Below are positions 1 through 12,900 of a DNA stretch of 64,000 nucleotides, one piece after another (position 1 is the stretch's first letter; each line of letters opens with the position of its first letter). Source of the stretch: Lytechinus pictus (lineage: Eukaryota). The notes beneath the pieces were generated by a model. That model saw nothing but the letters and a program-made list of their open reading frames with translations, had not been told where the DNA came from and did no database searches. A program made the position numbers and the translations under genes. Location: the NCBI RefSeq assembly GCF_037042905.1, contig NC_087245.1, positions 32,552,001 through 32,616,000 on the forward strand. Reading direction: 5' to 3'.

Positions 1-410
1 CTGATGATATTGAAGTACTTTTTATAGAACTCAAAGGATCCCTTACAAACTCTGTAATAGGTTGTGTGTATAGACCCCCTAATACCAATTTATCATCCTT
101 TAATGACAAACTTAATTTATGTTTAGAATCATTGGGTAAGGAAAAGAAAAACATTTATATGATGGGTGATTATAATGTTGACTTATTACCATAAACACTC
201 CAAAACAAATGATTTTTTAGAAACAATGTTCTCTCATAACTTGTTTCCTGTCATAAGTAAACATACACGAGTTACATCAAGTTCGTGTACACTTATTGAT
301 AATATTTTTATTAATACTTTTCATGAAAATGTTGAAACTGGTTTGCTATACACAGATATTTCTGATCATTTTCCTATATATTGTCTAATTAATGTAAAAA
401 ATAAAAGTAA
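1..410 (+). pseudogene. Degenerate APE-endonuclease fragment of a CR1/L2-group LINE ORF2
   Basis: Motifs VYRPP, MGDYN, HTRVT...LIDNIF and ISDHFPIY are spread over frameshifted frames. They are homologous to the EN domain of the intact ORF2 at 23535. Confidence 0.85.
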
Positions 411-734
411 ATTTCTGGTTTTTATACCTGTTAGTAGGGTAGATGTGTGATACAATTTATGTTTTTGGTTTTAAAGTATAGATGAAAAGTAAAATTTGAC
501 AGTTCTGATCAATGTTGCATGGATCTACTAAAACTGTGTCTTTTTTCTAATTTACAAATAGTTCAGTTTCAGTTTAGAAGCTGGAGTTTATTTTTTGTTG
601 ACAGATAAAAAAAAATTAAAAAGAGAATGATTAAACAAATTATGAAGAAAATTGAAATCCGACATATATGAACAGGCATTGCTTGCAGTGACCAGAATAT
701 TGCTTGCAGTGACCAGAATATAAATCAATAAAAC

Positions 735-896
735 TGCATGGCTGCATGAGACCGGTAGGAAGTAATTCCTTAAAAAGCTGTGTGCGCTATGAACGCCTAG
801 CTTAGCCGGGTAATATAGGAGCGCCTTGAGCACCTAACAAGGTGGATATGTGCGCAATATAAATACCCTATATTATATTATTATATTATTATTATT
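735..896 (+). mobile_element. 3' part of a SINE or L2-type tail ending in a (TATTA)n microsatellite
   Basis: gagcgccttgagcac...ggatatgtgcgcaatataaata followed by tattattatt. It resembles the L2 3' end at 11750-11816. Confidence 0.55.
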
Positions 897-1247
897 CGGG
901 GAGGGGTAGCCTAGGGCAGGTGACCCTTATTCATTTTGCCTTTTTTGAGGGGAGGGGGAGGTTGAAGAAGGAAAAGGTTTAAAAGTCAATATAAAACTGA
1001 TATGTAAATGGTGCATAGTCAGAAAATTCCATGTGTACAGTCAGTGCAATATTAAATTACTATAGGAATACATGTAGCTGCTATGACCCCACCCCCTCCC
1101 CGAGTAAGTAAAACATATATTTTTTTATCTTTTAATAATTCAAAATGTGAAGTATTATGAAACTTTTATGACTTAAAAAAATCTTACATATAAGTACCAA
1201 GAAATCTATGCCTTTGGAAATTATATAGCACTGGTAAATGTTAATCT

Positions 1248-1863
1248 GTAATGTCAGTTACCGACAAACAATAATAAAATGTTCAAATCAAAGAAAAGGA
1301 ATTAAGAAATAGAAAAAGTTTTTTCATTGAAATGTTCTTAGTAACTCAGGTATACTTCCACATCAAGCTCACTTTCATATGAAGCCCTGCACAGAAGATA
1401 CAATACAATGATTCCACACATTTGACTTCCATGTGTTATCTCTATGGGAAATTAAGTGTAACGTCAGTTACCGTAATGTCAGTTACCGAGCATGGTCGTG
1501 GAAAAATTATCATACCCCCCAAAAGACAAAAACAAATTATTTAATATTTTGACACATCTTAACCTAGTAACGAAGGTATATTTACATATTCAAATTATTA
1601 CTCCAGCTACTCAGGGACATGAGATACTTCAGTTTTACTGAACACCCTGAAATTGCATGTCCTTTTTGCGTAATGTCAGTTACCGACACATTTTTGCTTG
1701 CTAATGCGTAATAAATGTGGTTACATTGAAAAACTTAGTTTCAGAGTATACAGCAAGGTTCACTTTATTAACTCTATCAAAAGCAAACTCCCATCATTTG
1801 TTGTTTTAGAGATACACACAATGAAAGGTGTGTAAGATTGTGTCGTGTAATGTCAGTTACCGT
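1248..1863. repeat. Five direct copies of GTAAYGTCAGTTACC, probably subterminal motifs of a non-autonomous DNA transposon
   Basis: Copies at about 1248, 1458, 1473, 1670 and 1847. Element ends were not identified. Confidence 0.55.
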
Positions 1864-2489
1864 GAAAATGCCAAAATGTATTTCGTTTTTCTCTCTTTGC
1901 TGACGATACAGTTGTCATATTATCTCACAAAAATATTCACACACTTATATCATCAGCCAACTTTGAATTACGTAAACTGACATCCAGGTTTCAGAGCAAT
2001 AAATTACTTCTCAACTATGAAAAAACTACGACATAGATGGGAAACCAGTTACAGTAATAACACTTTTACTAACCCAACTTAGGGGCAAAACTCATTTACA
2101 GTCCGCGGCCATCGTAAGGGCCGATAAGACATCATCCCTCGCAGAGGGCGACATTTCTCAATACACATCAAACATAATAACATATTGGCGCAACCACTTT
2201 TCTCTATCTTTCCATTGGAATTAAGTCGACCTCTAACCAATTGGCTTGGGGGACAATTACTTTCTAAACAACAAAATTAATTCACTCTTTAGAAAGGTAA
2301 AACAAAACTATATCTGTAGTTATCTCGTCAAACCATGGATTCCGGAGAACACACCGGTAGACCTGCAAGGAAGGTATCACATATTAATCAAAGTAAGTTG
2401 ACAGATCAGTATCAATACAAAGTATTGGCCATTACCATGGTTACTACATAAAACTAATTAAAAGGCATAATGTACCTTTAAGATCGTAA

Positions 2490-2878
2490 CATACGCCTCA
2501 CTGTACCCTAACCCACTGTGAATGTTTCCCCCTAATACTACTCTCTGATATCTATTCTGTAAAAAGGATGAGATCCACTGATTAATCTTCCCATTGATAC
2601 CATATTGCTTGAGTTTGAGGAGAAGTCGTTGATGGGGTACAGTGTCGAAAGCCTTAGAAAAGTCGGTTATTATTATGTCAGTCTGAGACCGTTTGTCAAA
2701 AGAAAGAGAGAGGTCGTGCATGGTTTGTATAAGCTGTGTTTCGCAGGAATGTGATTATCTGAAACCATGCTGACATTTTTAAAGAATATTGTATGATTCA
2801 AGATGATTCATTACATGGGTATGTACCACATGTTCTAATATCTTGCAACAAACAGAAGTGAGAGATACAGGCCTATAG
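2490..2878 (-). pseudogene. LINE reverse-transcriptase fragment (3' part), split by the 2879-6375 insertion
   Basis: YRPVSLTSVCCKILEH, QHGFR, SCETQL, DFSKAFDTVPHQRLLLKLKQYGING. Confidence 0.9.
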
Positions 2879-5800
2879 TAGTATCCCGTAATTAGTAACC
2901 AACTGGAATAAAATTATTGGAAATGGTTTTTTGACTGATTTGAGTAGGTATGAGTGTCAACATTTACCAAAAAAAAGTTAGGAGGAATACGGGTTGGGGA
3001 AAGTGCTTTTTTTCAAGGTCAAAGGTCAATGACCTTTTTAAATATACTGTATCATGGTATCTCCCAGATAAAATATTACAGGTTGGTGATCATGGTGTCA
3101 AAATGCACAGATTCTTACAAGAAGATCAAATAAAATCAAATCAAGTACCTACAATGCTCATTCACCCATGAAATTCAAGTTCAAAGCCTTTCAAAGTTCA
3201 ATGACCTTTATTACATTATATACCATATACGGTATAATGGTATCTCTGAGATGAAAAGGTGCAGGTTGGTGATCTAGGCGTCAAAATGCAGAGGTTCTTA
3301 CAGGAAGATCAAATAAAATCAAATTAAGTACCCAGAATGCACATTAAACAATAAAGTTCAAGGTCAAAGCCTTTCAAAGGTCGATGACCTTTTTCCTACA
3401 TTATATACCATATACGGTATAATGCTATCTCTCAGATGAAAAGGCGCAGGTTGGTGATCTTGGTGTCAAAATGCAGAGGCTCTTACAGGAAGATCAAATA
3501 AAATAGAATCAAGTACCCGGCCAGAATGCACATTAAAGTATAAAATTCAAGGTAAAAGCCTTTCAAAGGTCAATGACCTTTTTTACATTATGTATCATAC
3601 TGTATAATAGTATCTCTGAGATGAAACGGCACAGGTTGGTGATCGTTGTATCAAAATTCCCAGATTCTTACAGGAAGGTCAAATAAGATAAAGTTAATCA
3701 CCTAGAATGCATACTAACCCATAAAGTTCAAGGTCAAAGGTCAGTGACCTTTTTACATAGGCTATATATCGTATAAAGGTATCTCTGAGATAAAACGCTG
3801 CATGTTGGTGATTTTGATGTCAAAAAACAATTTTTGCAAGAAGATAAAAAAGACTCTAAATAATCATACAGAATAATCCAATATCCAAAGTCAAAAGTCA
3901 AAAGTTGATTAATATTTATATATCCATGCATGATTCCCCCAAAAAAGAAATTAATCCATTATATTCACATTTTATTTGTGAATAATAGAAAGAAAGATAA
4001 CTATTTGTAATGAACACTTGGAAGTCTAATAATTTCACTCTGAAAGAAATAAGGATAAAAAATGGCCATGGAAAATATATTTAGGAGTTAAAGGTCAATC
4101 AACTATGTCAATAGCGTCAGGGAATTTAAATAAATAGGTCGATATAACGTGATTGTGGCATGTAGGTATAGTGATTCTGATGGGAAAAAGACTGACCTGC
4201 GTGGAAAAAGAACACAAATTTAATAGTTGAATCCTTGACCAATGATGATGTCAAAATACAAGTTCGAGGTAAAATTGGATCAAATAGCACTTTTTCTTAT
4301 AATATACTGTAATGCATTGACAAAAGTGTAAAAAGAAAATCATGTGTGATATAATTTGAAATGGTGACAATGGTGAAGTTACCTAAAGTAGCAGAATTTA
4401 GATATGCATTTTATAAATCTAAATCAAGGTACTAATTTCTCTGTAGCAATAGGTCACTAACCTCAAATGCTACAATCAATACTATAACACTATAACTTAA
4501 TCTGTAAATGGAAAGGATAGGCCTAAGTCTTATGGCAAGCATCATCCGAGAACATTTTCATATAGCCAGGGACAATGACGAAGAATTAAAATAAGGCAAT
4601 CATTAGAGCTGCAGCTTTTTTGTCATAGATGAAGTTAAGTGTCTCAACTTCAACAAAGAGTAATTGAACTCTTGAAAACCTTCTGACATTTTCAAGACTT
4701 TGATCTGGCCCATTCAATGAAAGCCTAACGTTCTGTCAAGGGATATCAGACCAGGATCTATATTATTACTGATAATTGCACAGCTTGATTCTCAAGAACT
4801 GGAAGTGGTGCTGTATGAGTTTTGTTAGGTCGATGGATGTGTACTTGTAAGCTATTATCTCCTTTTGAATTTCATTGTTATATGCCTAATTTGTGCATGA
4901 TAACAATCAGTTGTTCTGGACCAAAAACATGATCCTTGTACAAACTGATACCTAGTAGAAATAGCATCATGGGTGACGTACGGCAGAGAGCAGATATGAA
5001 GTTTTGTCTTGCAGCATTAGCATCACAAGAGATTCTGGCAGCTCGCAATGAACTGATGAAATGTACTAATAATACGGGAATTCACTTTTGTTGAAGTTGA
5101 TATATATATAATTTACTACATGTATATGACAGAAGCTGCAGCTCTAATGATGGCCTTCATTTCATCATCATCATCATCAAAAGACACGACAACCTTGATT
5201 TAGATATAATGATGCATTAAATGCTGCTACTTAAGATAAAATTAATTCAAATTATATACTTGATTTCATTTATTTTTTCAGTGCTTTTGGCAATGCATCG
5301 TATATGAAAAAGTGTTATTTGGTTATCAACTTTTTTAACTTAATTTCCACTGATATTTTGGAAAGGGCTCATTGACCTCTGACCCCTAAATACATTCTCC
5401 ATGGCCTTCATTATTTCAGACCGAAATTATGAAACCTCCATGTTTTCATTACAAATTAGCCATGGTTTTTTACATTATTCAGATATAAAATATGAACACA
5501 AAAGATATTGTTTTTGGTTATTTTTATATCATATAGATTATATATTTCCTCTGATCTAGGATTTCAAGGGTGAGTATTCTTTATACTTATTTTAGTGTTG
5601 TTTAATCTTCTTGTACAAGTCTTTGGATTTTGGCACCAAGATCACCAACCTGCGGTGTTTTATCTCAGAGATACCATTATTATTATCTAATGTTAAAAAG
5701 GACATTGACCTTTGTCCTTGAATTTTATGGGTGAATGTGCATTCTCGATGCTTAATTTTATTTTATCTTCCTGTAAGAATATGCGTGTTTTGACACAATG

Positions 5801-6375
5801 AACACTAACCTGCACCGTTTTATCTTAGAGATACAATTATATAATATGGTATATGTAGTATAAAAGGTCATTGACCTTTGGCCTTGAATTTTATTGGTGA
5901 ATGTGCATTCTAGGTACTTAAGTTTATTTTATTTGATCTTCTTGTAAGAATCTGTACATTTTGACACCATGATCACCAGCATGTACCTTATCATCTCAGA
6001 GATACCATTATACGGTATGGTATATAAAGTAAAAAAGGTCATTGACCTTTTGAAAGGCTTTGACCTTGAATTTTATAGGTGAATGTGCATTCTAGGTCAT
6101 TAATTTTATTCTATTTGATATTCTGGTAAGAATTTGTGCATTTTGACACCATTATCACCAACCTGCGCCTTTCCATCTCAGAGATACCATTATACAGTAT
6201 GTACGAAAAGGTCATCGACCTTTGACCTTGAAAAAAAGCACTTTCCCCAACCCGTATTCCTCCTAACTTTTTTTTGGTAAATGTTGACACCCATACCAAC
6301 TCAAATCAGTCAAAAAACCATTTCCAATAATTTTATTCCAGATTGGCTCTTTTGGGGTCTAATTTAGGGATACTA
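2879..6375. mobile_element. Non-autonomous foldback DNA transposon, Academ-like
   Basis: Termini tagtatccc...gggatacta with tag on both flanks. Long imperfect TIRs are built from ~180-bp tandem units containing aaaggtcaatgacc. Inner inverted pair at about 4600 and 5140. It interrupts the RT motif ENY|RPVSL. Confidence 0.85.
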
Positions 6376-6770
6376 TAGGCTAGTTTTCTGGTTTTGTACG
6401 ATCTGTGAATGGGAGTGACATTACGCCAGTCTTCAGCTATATGTCCTGTGTTAACAGAAGCTTGAAATATTTTGGCAAGAATCGGCGCGACTTCATGGAA
6501 AAATTCCTTAAGAATACGAGGAGGTATTTCATCCAATCCCAGTTGCTTTCTTAGGGTCTAGATTCCTCAAGAGTTTTTCAATGCCGGGGGTGTGAATGGT
6601 TATGTTACTTATACCAGGAATATTACGTGGAGGGAAGTTTGGTAAAGTCTGCAAGTTTTCTGTCGTGAAAACTGATCATTAAGAATATCAGCTTTCCGGC
6701 TGTTCTCTGAAAAGAGAATGCCTTTTTCCTTATCTTTTAGTGCTAGAATACCCGAAGAGTCTTCTTGGAG
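6376..6770 (-). pseudogene. LINE RT fragment (5' part), continuous with 2490-2878
   Basis: KADILNDQF, DEIPPRILKE...VAPILAKIFQAS...WRNVTPIH...KPEN. Confidence 0.85.
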
Positions 6771-7225
6771 TGGACCTAACCCCTTTTGCAACCAAACTCT
6801 TCTGAAGAGCTCATTTGTCAAAAGGGGTTAGGTCCATTTTGTTTAATAAATTTTATTGTTTTCTGTCTCAAAACCTATATAGATTTTTAGTCGCTCTAAT
6901 GATACCAAAGAAAATTTGAAATTCATATTAAAACGTGAATGAAAGGGGCAAAGAAAAATAACTTTTTTATTCAAAAGAGATTGGATTCATTTCAGTTTGC
7001 TTGCAAAAGGGGTTAGGTCCACAATGATAATTTTTGGAAAAAATATGTAGAAAAAAAAGTGAAGACAGGTAAATTTATTTTATACCCAATTTTATGTTCA
7101 CATGATAGGGTAATACATCATGACAAGTTTCTCATTAGAATATTGCAATAAGTGAGAATTAAAAAACATGATTTTTCTCGGAATGGTCCAAAGTAGACCT
7201 AACCCCTTTTGCAACCAAACTCTTC
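6770..7225. mobile_element. MITE-like element with GAAGAG...CTCTTC ends and a repeated ggacctaacccctttt motif
   Basis: The motif occurs in both orientations at about 6772, 6820, 7005 and 7195. Confidence 0.6.
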
Positions 7226-7660
7226 ACTTTATGATAACCAGAAGAAGGCGGGGATGGGAGGGAATAATTGTGGCTTTTACCTTCTTTTTTCTAAGAGATT
7301 TTGGACAGGAAGTACCCCCAAATAAGTGTATTTTTCCGTATGATTTTTATTGTTAGAAGTTTTGGACGGAACTGTAGGCCTCCTGCAGAAACTATTGATT
7401 AACTTTTGTCATTGTCCCAAATACTTGTGGTGCAGAAGTGCATTGCCCCACATAACGAGGCCTGCCCGGTACGCCATGGATTGGTGATAAATGTATTGTT
7501 GCTAGATATTTCGCATTCATAAAATCATGACATTTGCATTGTTCGAAAGTCCACCGGCCTTCACTTTATTTTTCTGAAACTTCTAACGTGACCAACGAAA
7601 TGAATCCATTCATTGCGTGCACGACAATTTAATCATATGACGCAAATTAAAATGTGCGTA

Positions 7661-7904
7661 CACAGCAAAAAAATGTGGTGTTAACCGGTGTACATAGAGG
7701 ACCACACCACCAGTTATTTTACACCGGTGTTAAATTAAACAGTGTTAGTTTAACACCTTTAGGTGTTATTACAACACCTTCGGTTGTTACATTTACACTC
7801 TTTAGTGTTATGTTCAATCTCTAGTGTGTAATTTTAACACCTCAGGGTGTGGTCCTCTATTAACACCAACTGATGTCAGTTTTAACGCCACAATTTTTAC
7901 AGTG
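7661..7904. mobile_element. Palindromic MITE with CACWG...CAGTG termini and TA flanks (CMC/EnSpm-like)
   Basis: ta|cacagcaaaaaaatgtggtgttaa ... ttaacgccacaatttttacagtg|ta. Confidence 0.75.
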
Positions 7905-8664
7905 TATGTTACTGATTCGTTACAAGATTCAGAATTAAGTCTAGTTATCAATACAATGATAAGAGCTGGGGAAGAAAGATAAAACTTTGAATAAAAGAGA
8001 CAGAAGAGTATTATGATTTGAAATTAGTTTAACATTAACATAGAAATTAGAATCATGAAACATAACAACACTGTCTATGCAGAATACCTGTTGAAAGATA
8101 CAATTAAAAGCAAAAAACAAAAAAAACAAAAAAATGATTTATCACATTGTAGAATTAAATACATTTATTTCTTTACAATCAAATTAAACACACATATTTA
8201 AAGACTTTTCTCATTTCCGATAGAAATGACAGTATACATTTTCTACAAGAACAGGATTAATAAAATTGTGAGTTTATATATAATACCAAGCATGTAGGAA
8301 CTCTATATAGGTCATCTAATTATTTACCTGAAGCTATGAAAAATGAAGAATGAAAAACCACAAAAAGATTAACAATTTGAAAACTATAACGTCCATCTAG
8401 TGAAACAAGTTTATAAAACCTAGAGAAGTTTTATTTTTAAAATAAGCAACTGGTTTAACATTTTGAGCAATAGTTGTAAGAATGACAGACTTAAATAACG
8501 TGCTTATTTTAAACAGCGTTTTTTTACAGTGTGTGTTTATATACATTTGAGGCCAGAAGTTTACATACACCCAGGAAATTCAAACAAAAGTTGACACTTG
8601 CCAAACACCATATAAATTTACTGTATCTTATGAAATATTTGTGCTATCATGACGAATTTGATAT

Positions 8665-8696
8665 CAAACAGATGATTATGTCATGCCCCTTCATCA

Positions 8697-8733
<37 letters not shown>

Positions 8734-8764
8734 GATGAAGGGGCATGACATAATCATCTGTTTG
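8665..8764. repeat. Perfect ~31-bp inverted repeat flanking a (TA)n tract
   Basis: caaacagatgattatgtcatgccccttcatc-(TA)n-gatgaaggggcatgacataatcatctgtttg. Confidence 0.9.
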
Positions 8765-9284
8765 CCTGTATAAATTATAATTAGTCTTTATAATGTAACC
8801 TCTCGAATTCACCGGCGTGATAACAATGTAGTGTTTAATGTCCCATACCTTTACCGTTTCACTTGAATGAACTTAAGTCACACAAATTCCATATCACACC
8901 AGAAACCGAACGCACGACACTGCACACCTCCGAGTCAGCCCGAAAGACCCCAAAGACCCAGGTAAAATTTATTTGTATATATTCGTCATGTTTGTACATC
9001 ATATGTGTATGTATGTGTATATGTACATATGTATGTATATATATATATGTAGATGTTCATGTGCATGTATTTTGTATATGTTTGTATTTGCATATATTGT
9101 ATACGTACGACGTCATTGTTACATATGTTATAATATCAGTATTATATGTCCATATGTCCATCTGTTCCTCCCTCTGTACTATTGATTATGTTACATATGT
9201 TATTATATCAGTATTATATGTTCATATGTCTATCTGTTCCTCCCTTTGTACTATTGATTATGTTTCGTTCGTTTTTGTTTATAG

Positions 9285-9320
9285 AACCCATGAAGAAGGC
9301 CTTAGGCCGAAAGCTCGATT
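9285..9320 (+). ncRNA. Degenerate minimal hammerhead ribozyme motif of the Penelope-like type
   Basis: aaccc-aTGAAGA-a-ggcc(tta)ggcc-GAAA-gctc-gatt. The core has A where CUGANGA has C. It lies between (TA)n tracts. Confidence 0.5.
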
Positions 9321-9368
9321 AAATTGTGGTCTTCCAGCAACGTCAAATCGTCTTGTAATTTTTTCGCC

Positions 9369-9408
<40 letters not shown>

Positions 9409-9979
9409 CTTACACATGTGTGCGTATGAGGGTGCGTTCGTTCGTTTGTCATGTTTGTGTGTGTGTGTGTGGTGTCTGACTAATCAGAGTGCAGTATTGT
9501 TTTCAAGCTGCTAAATATAATCGGCCTCTGAATAGTGTCTCCCGCACAGTCTCCGTGACACGAACAAACCACATCTTCTTTTGAACTATAGCATTTTAAA
9601 GCATGGGCCTTCAGCTTTTTATGATCTAAAAAAGTATATAAAAATCGCGCGGAAACAAGAAAAGAAGGTGTCAAAAAGAAGTATTGTTAGGTGGAAATAA
9701 CTATGTTTAGGCATGTTTTAGATTAGAAGTTTAACCTGTACTGGAAAGGTTTTCTAGATTATGACCTGAGATAAAGACACTTTTTTACAAAATTATAAAA
9801 ACATGAAATTTGATAGAGCAGCAATGACCGAATTAAAATGTATATTTTGATCCGCACCCAGCTCATTAATAAATGTGCAGAATTTTCTAGTCAAGAATTC
9901 ACTGGGATGAAAGGAGCTCATTTTTGGCGACCTGTCTAAAGAATGCCGAACCAGTGCATGATTTCAGTCTCAAAAGTTA

Positions 9980-12900
9980 TAGTCCAGTCAATATAAGGTT
10001 TGACCCACCACCAATTGCAAAACAAGATATTCCACTGCAATGCTTTCAAGAAATGTCCCCTAAACAACATACTAAAAGTCCCAAGAAATCCAAGCAGTGG
10101 AAATTTATGAAATTTGCATATTATGCAAATTAGCCATCAAAAGTTAGAAAAATAAGGTAAATAGCCCAAAGATTACAGATTGAGTGTCCAAAACAATTTA
10201 ATTTGAGCGAAAATTCATGGTAAATAACTGTATTCAATGTTTTTTGTCAAAAGTGAAAAAAAATCTACCTCATTTGCATAATATGCAAATAAGATTCCTT
10301 ATATGGGAAAATGTCAAGGTATTGTGATTTTTCTCTCATTAACTGCTTGAAAATTAAAATTTACATGCTGCTATCACTAAGGACGTTGAATACATTTGTA
10401 TCGAGCTTAGTGTCTGTAGTATAATTTGCATATTATGCAAATAAAAGTATCTAACATGTTATGAATATTCAAGAAAACACACTGGTGATACATCCCTCAA
10501 AAATTGCAAGTAGATTATCTATTGAAATTGTAATTTGGCAATACCTTACAGGAAGGTTTCCTAAACACCATATTAAAAATCTTTAAATATACAAGCATAT
10601 AGGAAAATCACAAAATATGCTTTTTATGCAAATTAGCCATAATAAATTACAAATAAGGAAAATAATCCAAATATTGGAAATCAAGTGCAGAAAACAATAC
10701 AAACTGAACTGAAGCCCATGATAAGTTTTACAAATTTATTATTTTTTTCAAATAAAAAAAAAATTGTAAATAAATCTGCCTCATTTGCATATGTATGAGC
10801 ATCTTTGTATGGGAAAAAATCAAGAAATTTTGATTTTTCCCCCAAAACAGTTATGAAAACATTTCAGTCTAGATCAATATGATGTGATCACTACAAATGG
10901 CAAATACATTAATAATCAGCTTAATATCTGAAGTGTAATTTACATATTATGCAAATAAGCATCCAACATGTTTTAAATATTCAAGGGAACACATACGTGA
11001 TACTTTCCTCGAAAATTCCATGTAGATTATGTGTATTAACCATGATGACCTTCCCTACACTTCTTGCTTGGTTGATATTGACATTTGTCACGAGCAGTTA
11101 CCCCAATCATATTGTACAATGATGAGTCCATTCTACATGGATCCCACTGCTGGAATGCTTCATTATTTCCATCCAAGTCTTGCTCTCTTCTTGACTTTGC
11201 AGAGACTTTGCGTTTCTTGCGAGTATAGTCCACGCTAGCAAGCTCCTGGATTGCTAAGTGATCAGTACAAGATGTCACACCCGTACAAATAAAAGCCCAT
11301 TAGCTTAGAATATTTGGTCCTTGTAGCACACCACTTAGCTTATAAACTTGGGGTCCTTGTATTCAAAGCGCTTAACGATAAATCTCCACCCTAAATCATA
11401 TACATATACATCAGAGCTCATATCTCGGCATAGACCAACACGCAGTCTCAGATCAGCAGATCAAGCATTGCAGAGGGAATCTCTCAGCCACACAACCTGG
11501 GATGACAGAGCCTTCAACATCTCTGGGCCAAAGATGTGGAATAGCCTTCCCCCAATTTATCAGGAGAGCAGAGACCCAATCAACTTCTCAGTCTTACCTG
11601 AAGACCTTCCTGTTCCCCACTCCAACATTATCACAAGAATAACTCCATTGTAGCATTACTAGGACAGTACTTGAACTGAATGATGATCCTAAACACTGTT
11701 TGAAGACCATGAAGACACTGAAATTTGTGAGGTATTTCCTATTTTTGAGCAAGCGCCATGAGCGCCCAGCTGAGGCGGATACCGGCGCTTTATAAGAAAC
11801 CATCATCATCATCATCACTTGTCTTGGTGGTGAATATGAGTACTTGCTTGGATCACAAGATCTCTGGGCATGCTTAATAAGAGTAACAATGGGTATTTGC
11901 CGATACGAGCAACATGACAGCCATTCATAAATTCATGATGAAGGCTTAAAGTGCATTATAGGAATATTTCTCAGATACAGGAATCGAGATTAGACGTTCT
12001 TGCTGAATCCAGTTGCTGCTTCATGATGAAGCATCCAATTACTGTTATTTCCTCTTTGATAAATTTCCTATGGCAAACATCTCCAAATATCAAAGCTATA
12101 GTTTCTAAGTAAGTCGTATGCAAATAATAATATTAATTTCCTGATATTTATGGTAAACAGAAATTCCTCAGTGATACAATGAACAAACCAGATGGAGGAC
12201 TTAGCCAGTGTGGCGTGTGATACGTCGAAACAAACCCAATAATCAGACCGAGTCTAGACTATAGTGTTGATGAGACTGACTGGTTCAATCTGCAATTTAA
12301 TACAGAATAAACAATACTTGTGTAAGCTGAAATGACTACATATCATGACGCATATAACTATAAGACAAAAATGGCTACAGATTTCCAAACAACAACCAAG
12401 AATGACCTTGACAAGTTTCAAGGTCACATATCAAGTATAAGCATATTGTAAACGTCATGTATTGATTTATTTACCCTAAATTCATCATTTTTGTAAAACA
12501 GTTTTCATAATAAAATCTGTTTACTTATTTATGTTTACATGGGTTATGACAATGCAGACATCACGTGCCCAAAGGCGCCAAATTCAAGTTACATACACAA
12601 CTACGTATACCGCCGCGTTTCTATTACATAATGCATGCATATACACGTATACGGCGTTTTCATTAGAACAAATTCACTGAGCCTACATAACTTTGCCATA
12701 GTAATTCGTAATAACTTAAACCATATTTCAGCATGCCACTTGGCTTATCTGAGAATTTTAATAACTAATAAACTTCAAAATAAACAAAATAGAACTTACG
12801 TCATTGGGCTCGTATCACGAAATTAGAGAAATTAACAACTAAACTGACAAGCGACACGCTTTCCATGACTGTACAAAAAACAATGCGCCCTCAGGCGGTG

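Noticed and set aside
8863..9429. 188-aa ORF
   Set aside because: It is a translation of TA/TG low-complexity sequence and a tandem duplication.
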